Positions 47,573 to 64,000 of a DNA stretch of 64,000 nt are shown here, in pieces. The position numbers and the translations under genes were made by a program. The first letter of the stretch is position 1; every line of letters begins with the position of its first letter. Below the pieces are notes generated by a model that was given only the letters and a program-made list of their open reading frames with translations, did no database searches and was not told the origin of the DNA. Origin of the DNA: the human T2T-CHM13v2.0 reference genome, Homo sapiens; assembly GCF_009914755.1 (NCBI RefSeq), contig NC_060935.1; one strand, 5' to 3'.

Positions 47573-47577
47573 AGTAA

Positions 47578-47882
<305 letters not shown>

Positions 47883-48417
47883 CACCAGTAAATATTCTTA
47901 ATGTCACCCCTGGTTATAAATCTGGTTCAACTGCATTTATCCCTTGCCTACTGCTTGTTCTGGTGTTAGGCTATGTGTGTGTGTTGGGGGCAGAGGGGGA
48001 ACAATGTGATTTAGACAGCAGGCCCCAACCCGCTTAGGGAGCTCAAAGGGAGAAGACAGACACAACACCCCCTCACCCAACACTTCTGCAGATAAGGCAG
48101 AGAATGGTATGTGTGTACAGGGGGAGTAAATGAAGTTTTGTGGGAACAAAGGAAACCATCAACTCTTGCTAAAGTTGGGGGAGGTGGGGCAATCTGGGAA
48201 GGCCTCCTGAGGGAGGGGTCCTCGGGGATGAGTATGGAAAGTGGGCAGGATTTGTTCTGTTGGAAAAGCAGACTGGGGTATTCCAAGCTAGAGGAAACGG
48301 TAGAAGCAAACACAGGGAGACTTGGAGAGTGGGCTCTGCTTGGGGCAGAGAATTTGCCGAAGGGGAGATTTATGGTGAAACCAAAAAGGGGGCTGAGGGG
48401 AACGCTGTCTGGGGGAC

Positions 48418-49379
<962 letters not shown>

Positions 49380-49483
49380 TTAAGCACAAAAAGTTTGAAG
49401 CATAAGAGAAGTAGCTAAAGCTATTTGTTATATAACATGTTATTTGTCCTTATGTCATTCCTTCTCTTTAAAACATGCTATCA

Positions 49484-49836
<353 letters not shown>

Positions 49837-50745
49837 CTATGGATGTGCCTGAAGGAACAGAAAAATGACTTCCTTTTTAAAAAATTTTTTAAGAGACAGA
49901 GTCTCCCTCTGTCACCCAGGTGGGAGTGACTTTCTGATAATTGAGGAAAGCAGAACATATTCCCTGCCATTTGCATATTGTCACAGCGATGCCAGCAGAT
50001 GCTTTTAGGAGAGGAAGAGACCCATATCTCAACTCCCTCTATCTTTGATAGCGTAAGTAAGGAACATGCTTATAAAAACAATGGAAAGTGGCACATATCT
50101 ACTTTGAAAAAAGTGGGGGTTATGTAGAATAAGGCCCAAAGAGGATCAAAAACAAATTGTCACTCTGCCAAACTAGAAATTTCCACAGGCTTTCTCCTTG
50201 CTTGAGTCGAGCATTTGAGAAATTGTATTGGGATTACATTAAATTTACTATTTTTGTTTGCTAAAATGAATAAATCAACCCACTCTTATTTGTATTTAAA
50301 AAAAACAACAGGCACCACACATATGATCCCCAAAAGGGAGCAGATGGTAGAGCAGAGGCACTCTCAGATTCCCTTCCTGGGCCGGGGCTGCTGGTCAGCT
50401 CCTCAGTTATAAAATGGGAACAAATCACATCTTTCTCGTAGGACTACTGGGAGGAAAAGAGAGTGTGTGAGAGGACTCTGCTCATTGTAAGCACTCTTGA
50501 AAGCTGGGTCTTTCCAATGTTTCTCTTCTGCCCACCTGCTTCCCAAGCACAGACCCAGTTCCACCTGCAGACCCAGCAGAATTGGTGTCAGCTGTGGATT
50601 TAACGCACTGTCATGCAAGCTCCTGACGGCTGGGGGCACCATTAGGTCCAGGCAATAAACATTTATTAACATGTCACAAGGCGAAGCATGCTGATCCCCT
50701 GAGGAGATACTGTGGCACTTCCTAGTTCATGGAGAACTCAATAAA

Positions 50746-51445
50746 TGGTAGAGGGATGGAAGGGAGGGTGGAGAGAAGACTGATTAGCCAGATGAAAGAC
50801 AGAGGGCTGAGCAGAGGGAGGGAGGAGGGCAGAATAGAGGGGATGGGTGCAGGAATGGAGACATGGATGGATGAAGGATGGGAGGGTGGAAAGTGAATAG
50901 AATAATGAAGGGATGGAGAAATTCAGGAAAGGATAGAGAGGTGGAGAGGAGATGAGATGGAAGGAGGGAGGGAATGATGGCTGGACAAAAGGATAAATAG
51001 GTTAAAGGAATTGGTGAAGCCATGGAGAAATGGTAGGAAGCATGGAGGGGTGGGTGGAGAAATGGAGAGATGGAAGGATGAAGGGATGGAAGGGTAGAAG
51101 GTGAATGGAATAATGGAGCGACTGAGAGATCCAGGGAGGGATGGAGAGGTGAACGGATGGATAATGGGATGGAGAGAGGTAGGAAAAGATGGATGGTGGC
51201 TGGATGAAGGGATAATGGGGTGTAGGGATAGGTGGAGGCATAAGGGAAAGATCAGAGGAAGGATAGAGAAGTGGCTGGAGGAATAGAGAGAGAGATGGAT
51301 GAAGAGATTGAAAGGTAGAGAGGGAATGAAGAATAAAGGGATGGAGAGACTGAAGAAGGAACGGAGAGGAACAGGAAACAGAGGGAAGGATGGATGGAGA
51401 AATGGAGAGATCAACGGATGGATAATGGGATGGAGAGTTGGAGGA
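50746..51445. repeat. GA-rich low-complexity polypurine tract
   Basis: About 700 bp of GGA/GAGA/GGAT units with very few C on the + strand. Confidence 0.85.
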
Positions 51446-52540
51446 CTCATTGTTCTCTGATGAGCTTACCTTTACCTCTCCCTGCACTTCCTGGAACAGG
51501 GCACGTGCCTTGTTTGATTTCTGTTTGATTTCAGGGCATGCGTATTTGTTGAATTAAAACCCATGCATGTGGACATGCTTTGGACAGCATGGGGCCCTGC
51601 TAATGCTGAAACATTCTGTTCTGTCTCCTCCTTGGGTGGGAGTGGGAGGTCCTCTGAGGAGGACAAAGAGAAGAGAGGCAGGAAAGTCTCTGCTGCGGGG
51701 AGGAGGAGGAGAGGCCGACTCAGCTGTTCAGTATAAACTTCCCACCCTGTTGGCATATGGGGAACATGTGGCCCCCTCCCTCCTGGCACTGGAGCAACGT
51801 CATGCCAGGGATGCTGGCAGCCAAGGGCACAGAGTGTTCCCAGAGGGAACTGGCAGTCACGCAGGAGGCAAGCATTTGAAGCTGTAGTCTGAGCCTGGTT
51901 CTGGGGTGGGCCCTGAGGACCTGAGGGCAGCTGATAGGCTCAGTTCCCCTGTGGATATGGCAGGAAGCCTGCAGCCACAGCCACCCCTCCCAGCCTCTTC
52001 TGAGAAGCAGAAAGGGGCCACCCACAGGTACCAGGCCCCCATCCCTCACAGGGCCTCTGCTGCCCCTTCTAGCTCTGGGGAATCAGCTACAGGGACAGGG
52101 CCCTGGACTTGAAGTCCAAAGATGTGACCTCTGATCCCCTCAGCCCCTCACTGTGCAGATTCCATGCCTCCCTTCTTTCTGGGCCTTCCTCAGTTTCCCC
52201 GTTGTTCCAAATGCCATCCTGCCCATTGGGATGGTGAGGGTGAGATTTTATCTCCAAGTGAGAAAACCAAATATTGGGCTTTCTGAAAAGAGAAGTGTTT
52301 CCATGTGAAGAACTGTACATTATCGTGAAACCACGCCCACCTTCCTCCAACAGTTTTGACGTTAAAGAGTGTCACTTTGTTTATGAAATAAGGGCTAGTA
52401 GATGGTAATCTTGTCAGACAGCACCCCTGTTTATTTTTTGTAATTTTCAACTGGTGCATAAAACCCCAAATTGTGAACCACTAGACAAGACAATTCCTGA
52501 AGGGCCTTCCAGAGCCAGGTAGATTCTCTGTCTTAGATGC

Positions 52541-52906
52541 TGATATTGTTTGGCTGTGTCCCCACCCAAATCTCATCTTGAATTGTAGCTCCCATAATTC
52601 CCACTTGTCAAGGGAGGGACCCAGTGGGTGGTAACTGAAGCATGTGGGTAGGTTTTTCCCATGCTGTTTTCGTGATAGTGAATACGTCTCCTGAGACCTG
52701 ATGGTTTTATAAAGTGGAGTTCCTCTGCACACACTCTTTCTTGCCTGCTGCCATGTAAGATGTGACTTTGCTCCTCCTTGCCTTCTGCCATGATTGTGAG
52801 GCCTCCCCAGCCATGTGGAACTGTGAGTCCATTAAACCTCTTTTTCTTTATAAATTACCCAGTCTTGGATATGTCTTTATTAGCAGCGTGAGAATGAACT
52901 AATACA
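52541..52906 (+). mobile_element. THE1 (THE1B-like) solo LTR
   Basis: TGATATTGTTTGGCTGTGTCCCCACCCAAATCTC...ACTAATACA; TSD GATGC/GATGT. Confidence 0.92.
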
Positions 52907-53803
52907 GATGTACCCCTGGAATAGGTCTGCCTCTAACCAGGGCTCTAATTTGGAACCTTGATGTGTACAACTTCCCTCTTGAGCTCACATCTGTGCCCTG
53001 GAGGAAGCAGTGTCTGCAGAGGTTCAGGTGCAGGCAGACTTCTCTGAGGGGCAGAACAGTGCCTTGCCCTCAACAAGCCATCTCAGCCCCGCAGTTTGAG
53101 CTCAATCCTATTCCCCCACCACAACCACCCGCAGCTCAACAGGAGCTGTCCACTCCCCTAGTGATCCTGTGACCAGATCCCTGAGAGGCCCCCCAGAAAA
53201 ACTCCACACAGGACAAGTGTGGGCTGATAACTTCTCCCTATGAACTGTGTTGCAGCTGGAGAGAGTCAAATTCAAGTTTAGCAGAGAAGCAATCCAGTTG
53301 GGCTGGGTGGGTCAGGCCACAGAAGACGTGACTCAAGGCGTGGGAGCCCCAGCACATGTGGCCTAGCTGGTCTGGCCCCCAAGTACTTGCAGGGTGTGGA
53401 GAGTCCATTAGAGACCATGGGAGCGTGGGGCGGGAGACATTCCCAGGCCAGGCCAGAGCAATGCTCCCAGAGTTCCCTCTTATCCTTCCCTTCTCCTTAG
53501 ATACCCCCTCACCCAATGCCAGCTCTCCCAGTTGCAGCAACTTGGAAGAGAAATGTCACGGCCAACCCCAGCCAGCCCCGCCAGCTCAGCAGTTTCTCCC
53601 TGCCCTGCTCCCCAGCTCTGCACTGTCTTCCCACTCAAACAGGCTGCAGGGAGCTGGGGAGGCAGGGAGGCTGAAGACAGGCAGGGCCCAGCCGGGCTGT
53701 CTGGCTTCCTGGATCTCAGAATCAGCATTCATTTATTATTTAGCAAATATGCCTCAATCCCTGACTAAGGGGTGTGCAAAGCAACCCAGTGGGCAGGGTG
53801 GGA

Positions 53804-53946
53804 GTGTGTGTGCGCATGTGTATCTGTGTGTGTCTCGGTGTAGGTTTATGTTTGTGTGAGAGTGTGTCTGTGCATTTCTGTGTATGTCTCTGTGTCTGTG
53901 CATTTCTGTGTGTGTGTCTGTGCATTTCTGTGTGTTTGAGTATGTG
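53804..53946. repeat. TG-rich degenerate repeat with three copies of TGTGTCTGTGCATTTCTGTGT
   Basis: Directly visible. Confidence 0.75.
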
Positions 53947-54916
53947 TTATCTGCACATCTGTGGGTGGGAAAGGGGTTTCTGGGGTGAACAAAGGAGAGC
54001 CTGTGTGTTCCAAGGGGCCTGACTTCAGCAGGCGTGTACATGGGGAAGGCAGATGCACCCGCCGTTCACAGGAGCGAATATAAAGGGTGTTGGGGGAGGC
54101 TCCTGCTATCTGCCAGTCCCTGAGATATCATTATTGGCAAGACAGGCCCAAGGATAAAGTCAGGAACTTTCCTAAGCAGGTTCTTGCAGTTTCAGGAAGG
54201 CAAGGCAATGCGGAAGGGCTTAAGTTTAAACTTTTTTAAATATTTTATTTTTAATGGGTAATATACCGTTTCAAAAGTTTACGTAATTTGAAAGGGTAGC
54301 AATGAAAAGTCAGCTTCCCCTTCTCATCTTCCTCCCTTCAGAGTCACTGGCTCCCCCTAAAACTTGATTTGTGGGAGAATGAGATGCAGAGAAGTGGCTG
54401 GACCTTGACGTGTGTAATTGACAAGGCAGGTGAGAGTAGGATGGGGCTAGAGCCCAGACCTTTGGCCTGCCACCCAGCGTTCTTTCTCCCAAGCACACTG
54501 CTTCTCGGCTGCTGACCAGGGGCAGGTGGGACCACCTAAGAGGCCTTGGGATATGGTCAGTCCTGGGGCCCTCCCCAGACAGGAGCCACACACAGTAAGG
54601 TCACCAGTCAATGAAGCCCTCCTAGGGTCTGAGCCAAAGCGGGAGCCCATGGTTGGGGCCCCCAGATGAGGTGCCACCTGTGGCTGGGGGATACTTATTT
54701 CCTTCTCTGTTTCCACCTCAGACCAGGCTCCTAGATGTTGGGGACTGAACCCTGGCTCCGTTCCACCTGGCTTGTCACTACGTTGTCATTCACAAACGGT
54801 GAGCTAATCACAGAAGCAACCTGTAGGCCAGTGATGAGCATGAAGCGAGATAAAAGCCTGTAGGTTTCTCAGTGTCTGATGCACCTCTTAATATTGGAAT
54901 TAAGATAAACATCATG

Positions 54917-57543
54917 GCCCCCTCTCCCTCTCCCTCCCCCTCCCCCTCCCCCTCCCCCTCCCCCTCCCCCTCCCCCTCCCCCTCCCCCTCCCCCTCCTCC
55001 TCCCCCTCCCCCTCCCCCTCCCCCTCCCTCTCCCTCTCCCTCTCCCCACGGTCTCCCTCTCATGCGGAGCCGAAGCTGGACTGTACTGCTGCCATCTCGG
55101 CTCACTGCAACCTCCCTGCCTGATTCTCCTGCCTCAGTCTGCCGAATGCCTGCGATTGCAGGCACGCGCCGTCACGCCTGACTGGTTTTGGTGGAGACGG
55201 GGTTTCGCTGTGTTGGCCGGGCCGGTCTCCAGCCCCTAACCGCGAGTGATCCGCCAACCTCGGCCTCCCGAGGTGCCGGGATTGCAGACGGAGTCTCGTT
55301 CACTCAGTGCTCAATGGTGCCCAGGCTGGAGTGCAGTGGCGTGATCTCGGCTCACTACAACCTACACCTCCCAGCCGCCTGCCTTGGCCTCCCAAAGTGC
55401 CGAGATTACAGCCTCTGCCCCGCCGCCACCCCGTCTGGGAAGTGAGGAGTGTCTCTGCCTGGCCGCCCATCGTTTGGGATGTGAGGAGCCCCTCTGCCTG
55501 GCTGCCCAGTCTGGAAAGTGAGGAGCGTCTCCGCCCGGCCGCCATCCCATCTAGGAAGTGAGGAGCGCCTCTTCCCAGCCGCCATCACATCTAGGAAGTG
55601 AGGAGCGTCTCTGCCCGGCCGCCCATCGTCTGAGATGTGGGGAGCGCCTCTGCCCCGCCGCCCCATCTGGGATGTGAGGAGCGCCTCTGCCCGGCCGAGA
55701 CCCCGTCTGGGAGGTGAGGAGCGTCTCTGCCCGGCCGCCCCGTCTGAGAAGTGAGGAGACCCTCTGCCTGGCAACCACCCCGTCTGAGAAGTGAGGAGCC
55801 CCTCCGCCCGGCAGCCACCCCATCTGGGAAGTGAGGAGCGTCTCCGCCCGGCAGCCACCCCGTCCGGGAGGGAGGTGGGGGGGGGGGTCAGGCCCCCGCC
55901 CGGCCAGCCGCCCCATCCGGGAGGGAGGTGGGGGGTCAGCACCCCGCCTGGCCAGCCGTGCCGTCCGGGAGGGAGGTGGGGGGGGGTCAGCCCCCCGCCC
56001 GGCCAGCCGCCCCATCCGGGAGGGAGGTGGGGGGTCAGACCCCCGCCCGGCCAGCCGTGCCGTCTGGGAGGTGAGGGGCGCCTCTGCCCGGCCGCCCCTA
56101 CTGGGAAGTGAGGAGCCCCTCAGCCCGGCCAGCCACCTCGTCCGGGAGGGAGGTGGGGGGGTCAGCCCCCCGCCCGGCCAGCCGCCCCGTCCGGGAGGTG
56201 AGGGGCGCCTCTGCCCGGCCGCCCCTACTGGGAAGTGAGGAGCCCCTCAGCCCGGCCAGCCACCCCGTCCGGGAGGGAGATGGGGGGGTCAGCCCCCCCA
56301 CCCGGCCAGCCGCCCCGTCCGGGAGGGAGGTGGGGGGGTCAGCCCCCCGCCCGGCCAGCCGCCCCGTCTGGGAGGTGAGGGGCGCCTCTGCCCGGCCGCC
56401 CCTACTGGGAAGTGAGGAGCCCCTCAGCCCGGCCAGCCACCCCGTCCGGGAGGGAGATGGGGGGGTCAGCCCCCCCACCCGGCCAGCCACCCCGTCCGGG
56501 AGGGAGGTGGGGGGGTCAGCCCCCCGCCTGGCCAGCCGCCCCGTCCGGGAGGGAGGTGGGGGTGTCAGCCCCCCGCCCGGCCAGCCGCCCCGTCCGGGAG
56601 GGAGGTGGGGGGGGTCAGCCCCCCTGCCCGGCCAGCCGCCCCGTCCGGGAGGTGAGGGGTGCCTCTGCCCGGCCGCCCCTACTGGGAAGTGAGGAGCCCC
56701 TCTGCCCGGCCAGCCGACCCGTCCGGGAGGGAGGTGGGGGGGTCAGCCCCCCAACCCGGCCAGCTGCCCCGTCCGGGAGGTGAGGGGCGCCTCTGCCCGG
56801 CCGCCCCTACTGGGAAGTGAGGAGCCCCTCTGCCCGGCCAGCCGCCCCGTCCGGGAGGGAGGTGGGGGGGTCAGCCCCCCGCCCGGCCAGCCGCCCCCTC
56901 CAGGAGGGAGGTGGGGGGGGGTCAGCCCCCCTGCCCGGCCAGCCGCCCCGTCCGGGAGGTGAGGGGCGCCTCTGCCCGGCCGCCCCTACTGGGAAGTGAG
57001 GAGCCCCTCTGCCCGGCCACCACCCCGTCTGGGAGGTGTGCCCAACAGCTTATTGAGAACGGGCCAGGATGACAATGGCGGCTTTGTGGAATAGAAAGGC
57101 GGGAAAGGTGGGGAAAAGATTGAGAAATCGGATGGTTGCCGTGTCTGTGTAGAAAGAAGTAGACATGGGAGACTTTTCATTTTGTTCTGCACTAAGAAAA
57201 ATTCCTCTGCCTTGGGATCCTGTTGATCTGTGACCTTACCCCCAACCCTGTGCTCTCTGAAACATGTGCTGTGTCCACTCAGGGTTAAATGGATTAAGGG
57301 CGGTGCAAGATGTGCTTTGTTAAACAGATGCTTGAAGGCAGCATGCTCGTTAAGAGTCATCACCAATCCCTAATCTCAAGTAATCAGGGACACAAACACT
57401 GCGGAAGGCCGCAGGGTCCTCTGCCTAGGAAAAGCAGAGACCTTTGTTCACTTGTTTATCTGCTGACCTTCCCTCCACTATTGTCCCATGACCCTGCCAA
57501 ATCCCCCTCTATGAGAAACACCCAAGAATTATCAATAAAAAAA

Positions 57544-57572
<29 letters not shown>
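54917..57572 (+). mobile_element. Full-length SVA retrotransposon, SVA_F-like
   Basis: Hexamer head (54917-55045), antisense Alu-like domain (~55046-55410), GC-rich VNTR (~55410-57035), SINE-R (~57036-57533), AATAAA at 57534, A tail, perfect 15-bp TSD AAGATAAACATCATG (54902-54916, 57573-57587). F-like features from recall: CTCATGCGGAGCC, GACTGGTTTTGGTGGAG, AAGTAATCAGGG. Confidence 0.97.
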
Positions 57573-57574
<2 letters not shown>

Positions 57575-57591
57575 GATAAACATCATGATTA

Positions 57592-58200
<609 letters not shown>

Positions 58201-60650
58201 GCAAAGGCAGGGATGTTTAATTGCTTTTGTTCACTGTAGACCCCCAGGATCCAGAACAGTCCCTGGCACAGTGGGGTTGCTCCGTGAATGTCTGCTGAAT
58301 GAATGAGTGAGCAATTGAATATAGCATTTCTGCCTTGAGTTTGAATACTCCCTAGAGACTTGGTGCAGAGCTGTGGGCTGATTAAGGAATGGAAGTGAAC
58401 CTGACCTTGAAGAATATTAGGGTCTGATTGGTCATTGAGAAGGTCCTCAGCCCCGTTAAAGATGACAGGGACCCACTTGGACCAGAATCAGGACAGGCCA
58501 GAGAAGCTGTGGGAAGGGGCTCCGGTGTCAGGCTAGGTTTCCTAGACACTCAGGATGTGGCTGCCCTCCAGGACATTGCCTGGAGGTGAGGACAGGCCCC
58601 TGAGTTCCCTGTCTCAGGACCCTGGGTCCTAAAAGCTGAGACAGCCTTGGGAAGGCTACCGGCCCCGTAACTTCTCAGCCTCCAGACTCCCCGGTGCTCC
58701 CATAGTACCTGTGCTCCTGGCTGTCCCAGCTCCCACCCCATTAGCATAGATTGATTAGCTGGGGGTCTCCCCACTCCTTCCCTTGGTTGGGAGCAGGGCT
58801 GATTGGTCGTTGTTTGCCTGGCCCCTAGCCTAGAGTTGGGGTACATAAGAGCCCAGGGGATGCTGGAGATGTGACTGAAGGAACAAAGGAATAAGTGTGA
58901 GTGAATGGGTGGGGAGTGAAGGAGAAAAGAAATGGGTGCATGAATGAATGAACGAATGAATGAATGAGTTTGTGAAAGCAAGAATAAGAGGACAAGCCAG
59001 TTGGCCAGGCTGAGGAGATGTTCCTGCTGAGGATGGGATGTGTTCAAACTGGTCCTCCTGCTAAGGTGGGCTAAGGTGAGCTAGAGTGCCCCTGGCCCGG
59101 CTCTGCTGGCAGCCCCAGCCTCTCACCCCATTCCTACCCCCCGCCTCCCATCTTGCTGTCTGCCTGAGCATCTTGGCTGGTTCCCCACTCTCTGGGCAGC
59201 CCCGGGAAGCTCACAAAGGCCCATCTGTGAGCCCAGACCCTGCATCTTCTTCTTCTCCTTCCCCTTCCCCACCCCCCAAGAATTGGTCTGAGCCCCTCTC
59301 CCTTCATCTCCCATTAAAATAAACATTCATTTACTGGGATTTCCTCCGGGCACCTCCTTGCTCCCAGGGCAGCCCCAGCCATGTCTTGTAAAACTGCCTT
59401 CCCTCCTCTGGATTTCCTTTTAACTGTCCTCTTCCTTTTACTTGCTGGGGGTGGGGTGGTGGGGTGAAGAGAGAGGAGTAAAATACAGCTGGGTCAGTCC
59501 AGATGTTTCCCCAGAAACATGGAGATGCTTAGGATATAAGGTGACAGCCGGCTCCCTGCCCAGCCGGGTGAGGCTTAAGTTCATGGGCTGCCAAAAGTTC
59601 CAGGGCAGCCACCTCTGGCCCCTGGGCTGGGCTTGAACCCCTGCAGCTGGTGGAGTGGGGAGGGTAGGAGGAGAGGAGGGAGTCCCTCTTTCCAGCTAGT
59701 GCTGACATATCACAGAACAGGGATTCAGGGGTCTCCTCCTAGCAGTCCCCTCTTTTCTCCCTTAATCCCGCTGCAGCTTCAATCACCAGGGCTGTTCTGC
59801 TGTGTGACCCCGGGCAGTCTCCTAACCTCTCTGGCCTCACATTTTACCATATGGAAGGTGGGGCAGAAATAACGAGGCTGAGAGGGCATTGGACTCCCCT
59901 CATTCTGAAAGACCCTTTGGACTTGGAGGTCCGTTATCAATCCCTGCATCCAAGCATTGGTTCATTTAGCCTCCAGATGTGCCAGACTGGGTGCTGGGGA
60001 CAGAGCAATGAACAAAGCACAGAGCCAGTTCTTGGGAAGGCAAACAGGGAAGAGGCAATGAGAATTCACTGTGGCAAGGGCTCTTGACAGAGGGGTGCTG
60101 GGAGGTCAGGGAAGGCTGAAATGTGAAAGACAATCAGCAGTAGCCAGTCCCCATCAAGTCCCCATCAAGACCCCAAACTGCCATGCCCTGTGGCCAGGAT
60201 TGCTAATGCAGCTTTCTGCTAGATCCTGGTCCTGGATTCCATCTTGTCTACTGAGCTACTTCCATGACAACCATCCTTTCCCTTCACTGGATCTTGAGTG
60301 CCCTGACCTCTTGGTTTACTTCCTTTCTGGTCACCATCTCCCACCTTCCCTTTCTTTGTATCCAAGTTAGAATCCTCAGCGGTTCACCTCTTCAGTAACT
60401 CCTGCCAATTCCTGAATCCTTTCTTCCATCTATCTTTTTCACCCACCTATGAAACTCCAACTTTAAATGAGTGAATTCTCAGCTGCTTCTTTACCTGCAC
60501 CAGGGCAGAGGGAGAAAACCACTGCCTAGGGTAGACTGGTCCCCTGGAAATAATGTATCTCAGGACCACGCACTCTCCTGCTCCACAGTGTCTGTTCTAG
60601 TTTCTATTACCGTGTAACAAGACACCCCAAAACTCATTGGCTTTAATTTA

Positions 60651-61139
<489 letters not shown>

Positions 61140-62944
61140 CATTTATTTAGCTTACAAATCTGTACTTTTGGGTAAGGCTCAGCTCTGCTCTGTGCAGAGG
61201 CTTCAACTGGGGCAGCTCTACTGGAGGCTGGGGGACCCTTTTTTAAGGGGGTTCACTTAAAGGAAGGAGAAGGGAGAGAATGATAAAGCCAAGGGGATAG
61301 AATGTTACAATTAAGTGAATCTGGGTAAAGGCTCTATGAGTGGTCTTTCTGCTATTTTTATTTTTGCAACTTTTTTTGGTAAATTTAAAATTATTTCCAA
61401 GTAAAAAGTTACGAAAGTAGACATGTATTACAACAATTTTAACCATTCAAAAATGTTGTAGTTATATGGCTACTGATTTCACAGTGGCCAAAACCCAGAC
61501 CGTCCTATTATTTCAATCTTTTGAAATTTGTTAACACTTATTCTATGGCCCAGTAGGATTGTTCTGGCAAATTCCATGTACCCTTGAAAGTAATTCTGTC
61601 GTTACTTGATGTATTTCTCTGTATTTCCCAGGCATTGTTTGTGAATCATGTTATTCATATCATCTATACACTTAGTGACTGTTTTTTGTCAGCTTGCTCT
61701 GTAAGTTACCGAGTGCTAAAATCTCCCACTCAGGTTTTTGATTTGTCTATTTCTTTTGGTAATTCTTTCATTTTTGTGCTTATGTATCATTAGATGCACC
61801 CAAAAAATAAACAACAATACAAGTAATTTGAACAAAGCAAGCTCCCTTAGCCCACAAGCCACCCCAGCCATCTTCCTCTCCTGCCTCTCTCACTGCTGAT
61901 TAACCTTCCCAGGCGACATGTCCGCACCACCCAGTGCCACTCAGTGCGGACTAGGGACCAGCAGTGCCTGGGAGCTTGGTAAAAAAGCCAGTGATCTGCT
62001 CTACCCTAGACTTACAGAATTGAACCTCTGCTGGATGGGGACCAGAAACAGGTTTGAATGTGTGATTCCCAGTCAAGCAACAGGGAATGATGATTACTAG
62101 GGTGAGAAGCACTCATCTTAGTCACCTGCCTTATCCTTGCCTTCCATTTACTCCTCAACCAACTCTGCCAGAAGTGATGACTCTCATCAGGCTCAGAAAT
62201 GACCTCTGTTCCACGAAATCCAGTAGGAATTTCCCCCTCAGCAATATTTCACCTGTTGCCCATTTCCTCCCTTAGTTTAGACAACAATTTATTGTTTTCT
62301 GTAAAAAATAATATACGCTTATTATAAAAATTAATAATGGAACAGTATCTGAATAATGTAAAAAAGTCACTCCCCATTCCATCATTTAGAAGCAATGTTT
62401 TTAACACTGGATTCATGCAATTCCAGATATCTCTTTATACATACATACCGAGAGAAGCATGGGTAGATAAATAGCAGGAAAAGTGAAGAAGTGTACTATA
62501 ATAATATGGCATATTAAATATCCTGTTCCCAACTTGAAAGTATCATGTTTAATATGATTTGACTTTTTAAAAGCATAAAAGCCAAGTTCAATGGGGAAAA
62601 AGGAGCTGACCCAAGTAAATGAAAAACGATCTTTTGACTGGATACTGTAAGATTAAAGAGGAAAAGAGTAAAACACAAACACTACTGTCATTAATTTGTT
62701 TCTCAGGGCAGTCCAGGTTAGCAATTGTAAAACTACTTTGCTTGTTTGCTAGGTTGAACAAATAAGTATACATTTTGTACATACTAGAGCTAGGTTTTTC
62801 ACTTTCGGAGAAAAAATTTACAAATGGGGAAATGAGGAGGCTAGAATGAAGGCTAGAATGCTGCATTAGAGTCAGTCAGTGTGCATTCAGGCTTATTTTA
62901 ATGTAAATATAGATAGATATAGACAGAAATATAGTTATGTGTAG

Positions 62945-63723
<779 letters not shown>

Positions 63724-63960
63724 TGATATGGTTTGGATATTTTGTCCTCACCCAAATGTCATGTTGAAATGTAAACTGCAATGTTGGAGGTGGTGCCTGG
63801 TGGAAGGTGTTTGGGTTATGGGCGTGGATTCCTCATAGTTTGGTGCTGTGCTCATGATAGTGAGTTCTTGTGAGATCTGGTTATTTAAGTGTTTGGCACC
63901 TCCCTCCATTCCACTGTCTCTCTCTTGCTCCTGCTATGGAATGCGAAGTACCTGCTTCCA
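63724..63960 (+). mobile_element. MST (ERVL-MaLR) LTR, partial
   Basis: TGATATGGTTTGGAT...CCCAAAT.TCATGTTGAAATGTAA..AATGTTGGAGGTGG.GCCTGGTGG.AGGTG. Confidence 0.8.
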
Positions 63961-64000
63961 CTAGTGATGACCTAGGGTATCTTGAAGAACAAACTTCTAA

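Noticed and set aside
50784-51487. Long hydrophobic Ser/Pro/Leu/Phe ORFs on the minus strand
   Set aside because: Artefact of the polypyrimidine low-complexity strand, which lacks stop codons.
54078-54086. TATA-like ATATAAAG upstream of the SVA
   Set aside because: Isolated motif without initiator or other promoter evidence.
55300-57546. Many overlapping Pro/Gly/Arg-rich ORFs and regularly spaced repeats that could resemble an array
   Set aside because: These are translations of the SVA Alu-like, VNTR and SINE-R domains. The repeats are tandem without unique spacers, so not CRISPR-like.

Overview
Human (primate) genomic DNA, not prokaryotic. By gene identity it is the 11p11.2 region holding the 3' part of the tetraspanin metastasis-suppressor gene CD82 (KAI1). 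The first ~12.4 kb contains the last four coding exons (7294-7395, 10184-10387, 10662-10745, 11071-11148, all phase 0, GT-AG) and a 3' UTR with an embedded Alu and an ATTAAA poly(A) signal at 12360. The rest is intergenic and repeat-dominated: more than 25 Alus, MIR/L2 remnants, MaLR and ERV1 solo LTRs, Tigger/MER MITEs, a ~15 kb nested old-L1 cluster (28.3-43.2 kb), an Alu-split LYRM2 processed pseudogene (48.4-49.2 kb) and a full-length young SVA (F-like, 54.9-57.6 kb). Apart from the CD82 exons and the LYRM2 remnant, the ORF-track entries look like chance or repeat-derived frames. I found no evidence of a new multi-gene system. The best observations are mechanistic: repeated reuse of identical L1-endonuclease target sites, a complex templated L1 junction, a retrocopy of a non-canonical LYRM2 isoform, an atypical SVA hexamer head and CD82 splicing/3'-end architecture. 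Repeat subfamily names are from recall of consensus sequences and need RepeatMasker/Dfam confirmation.
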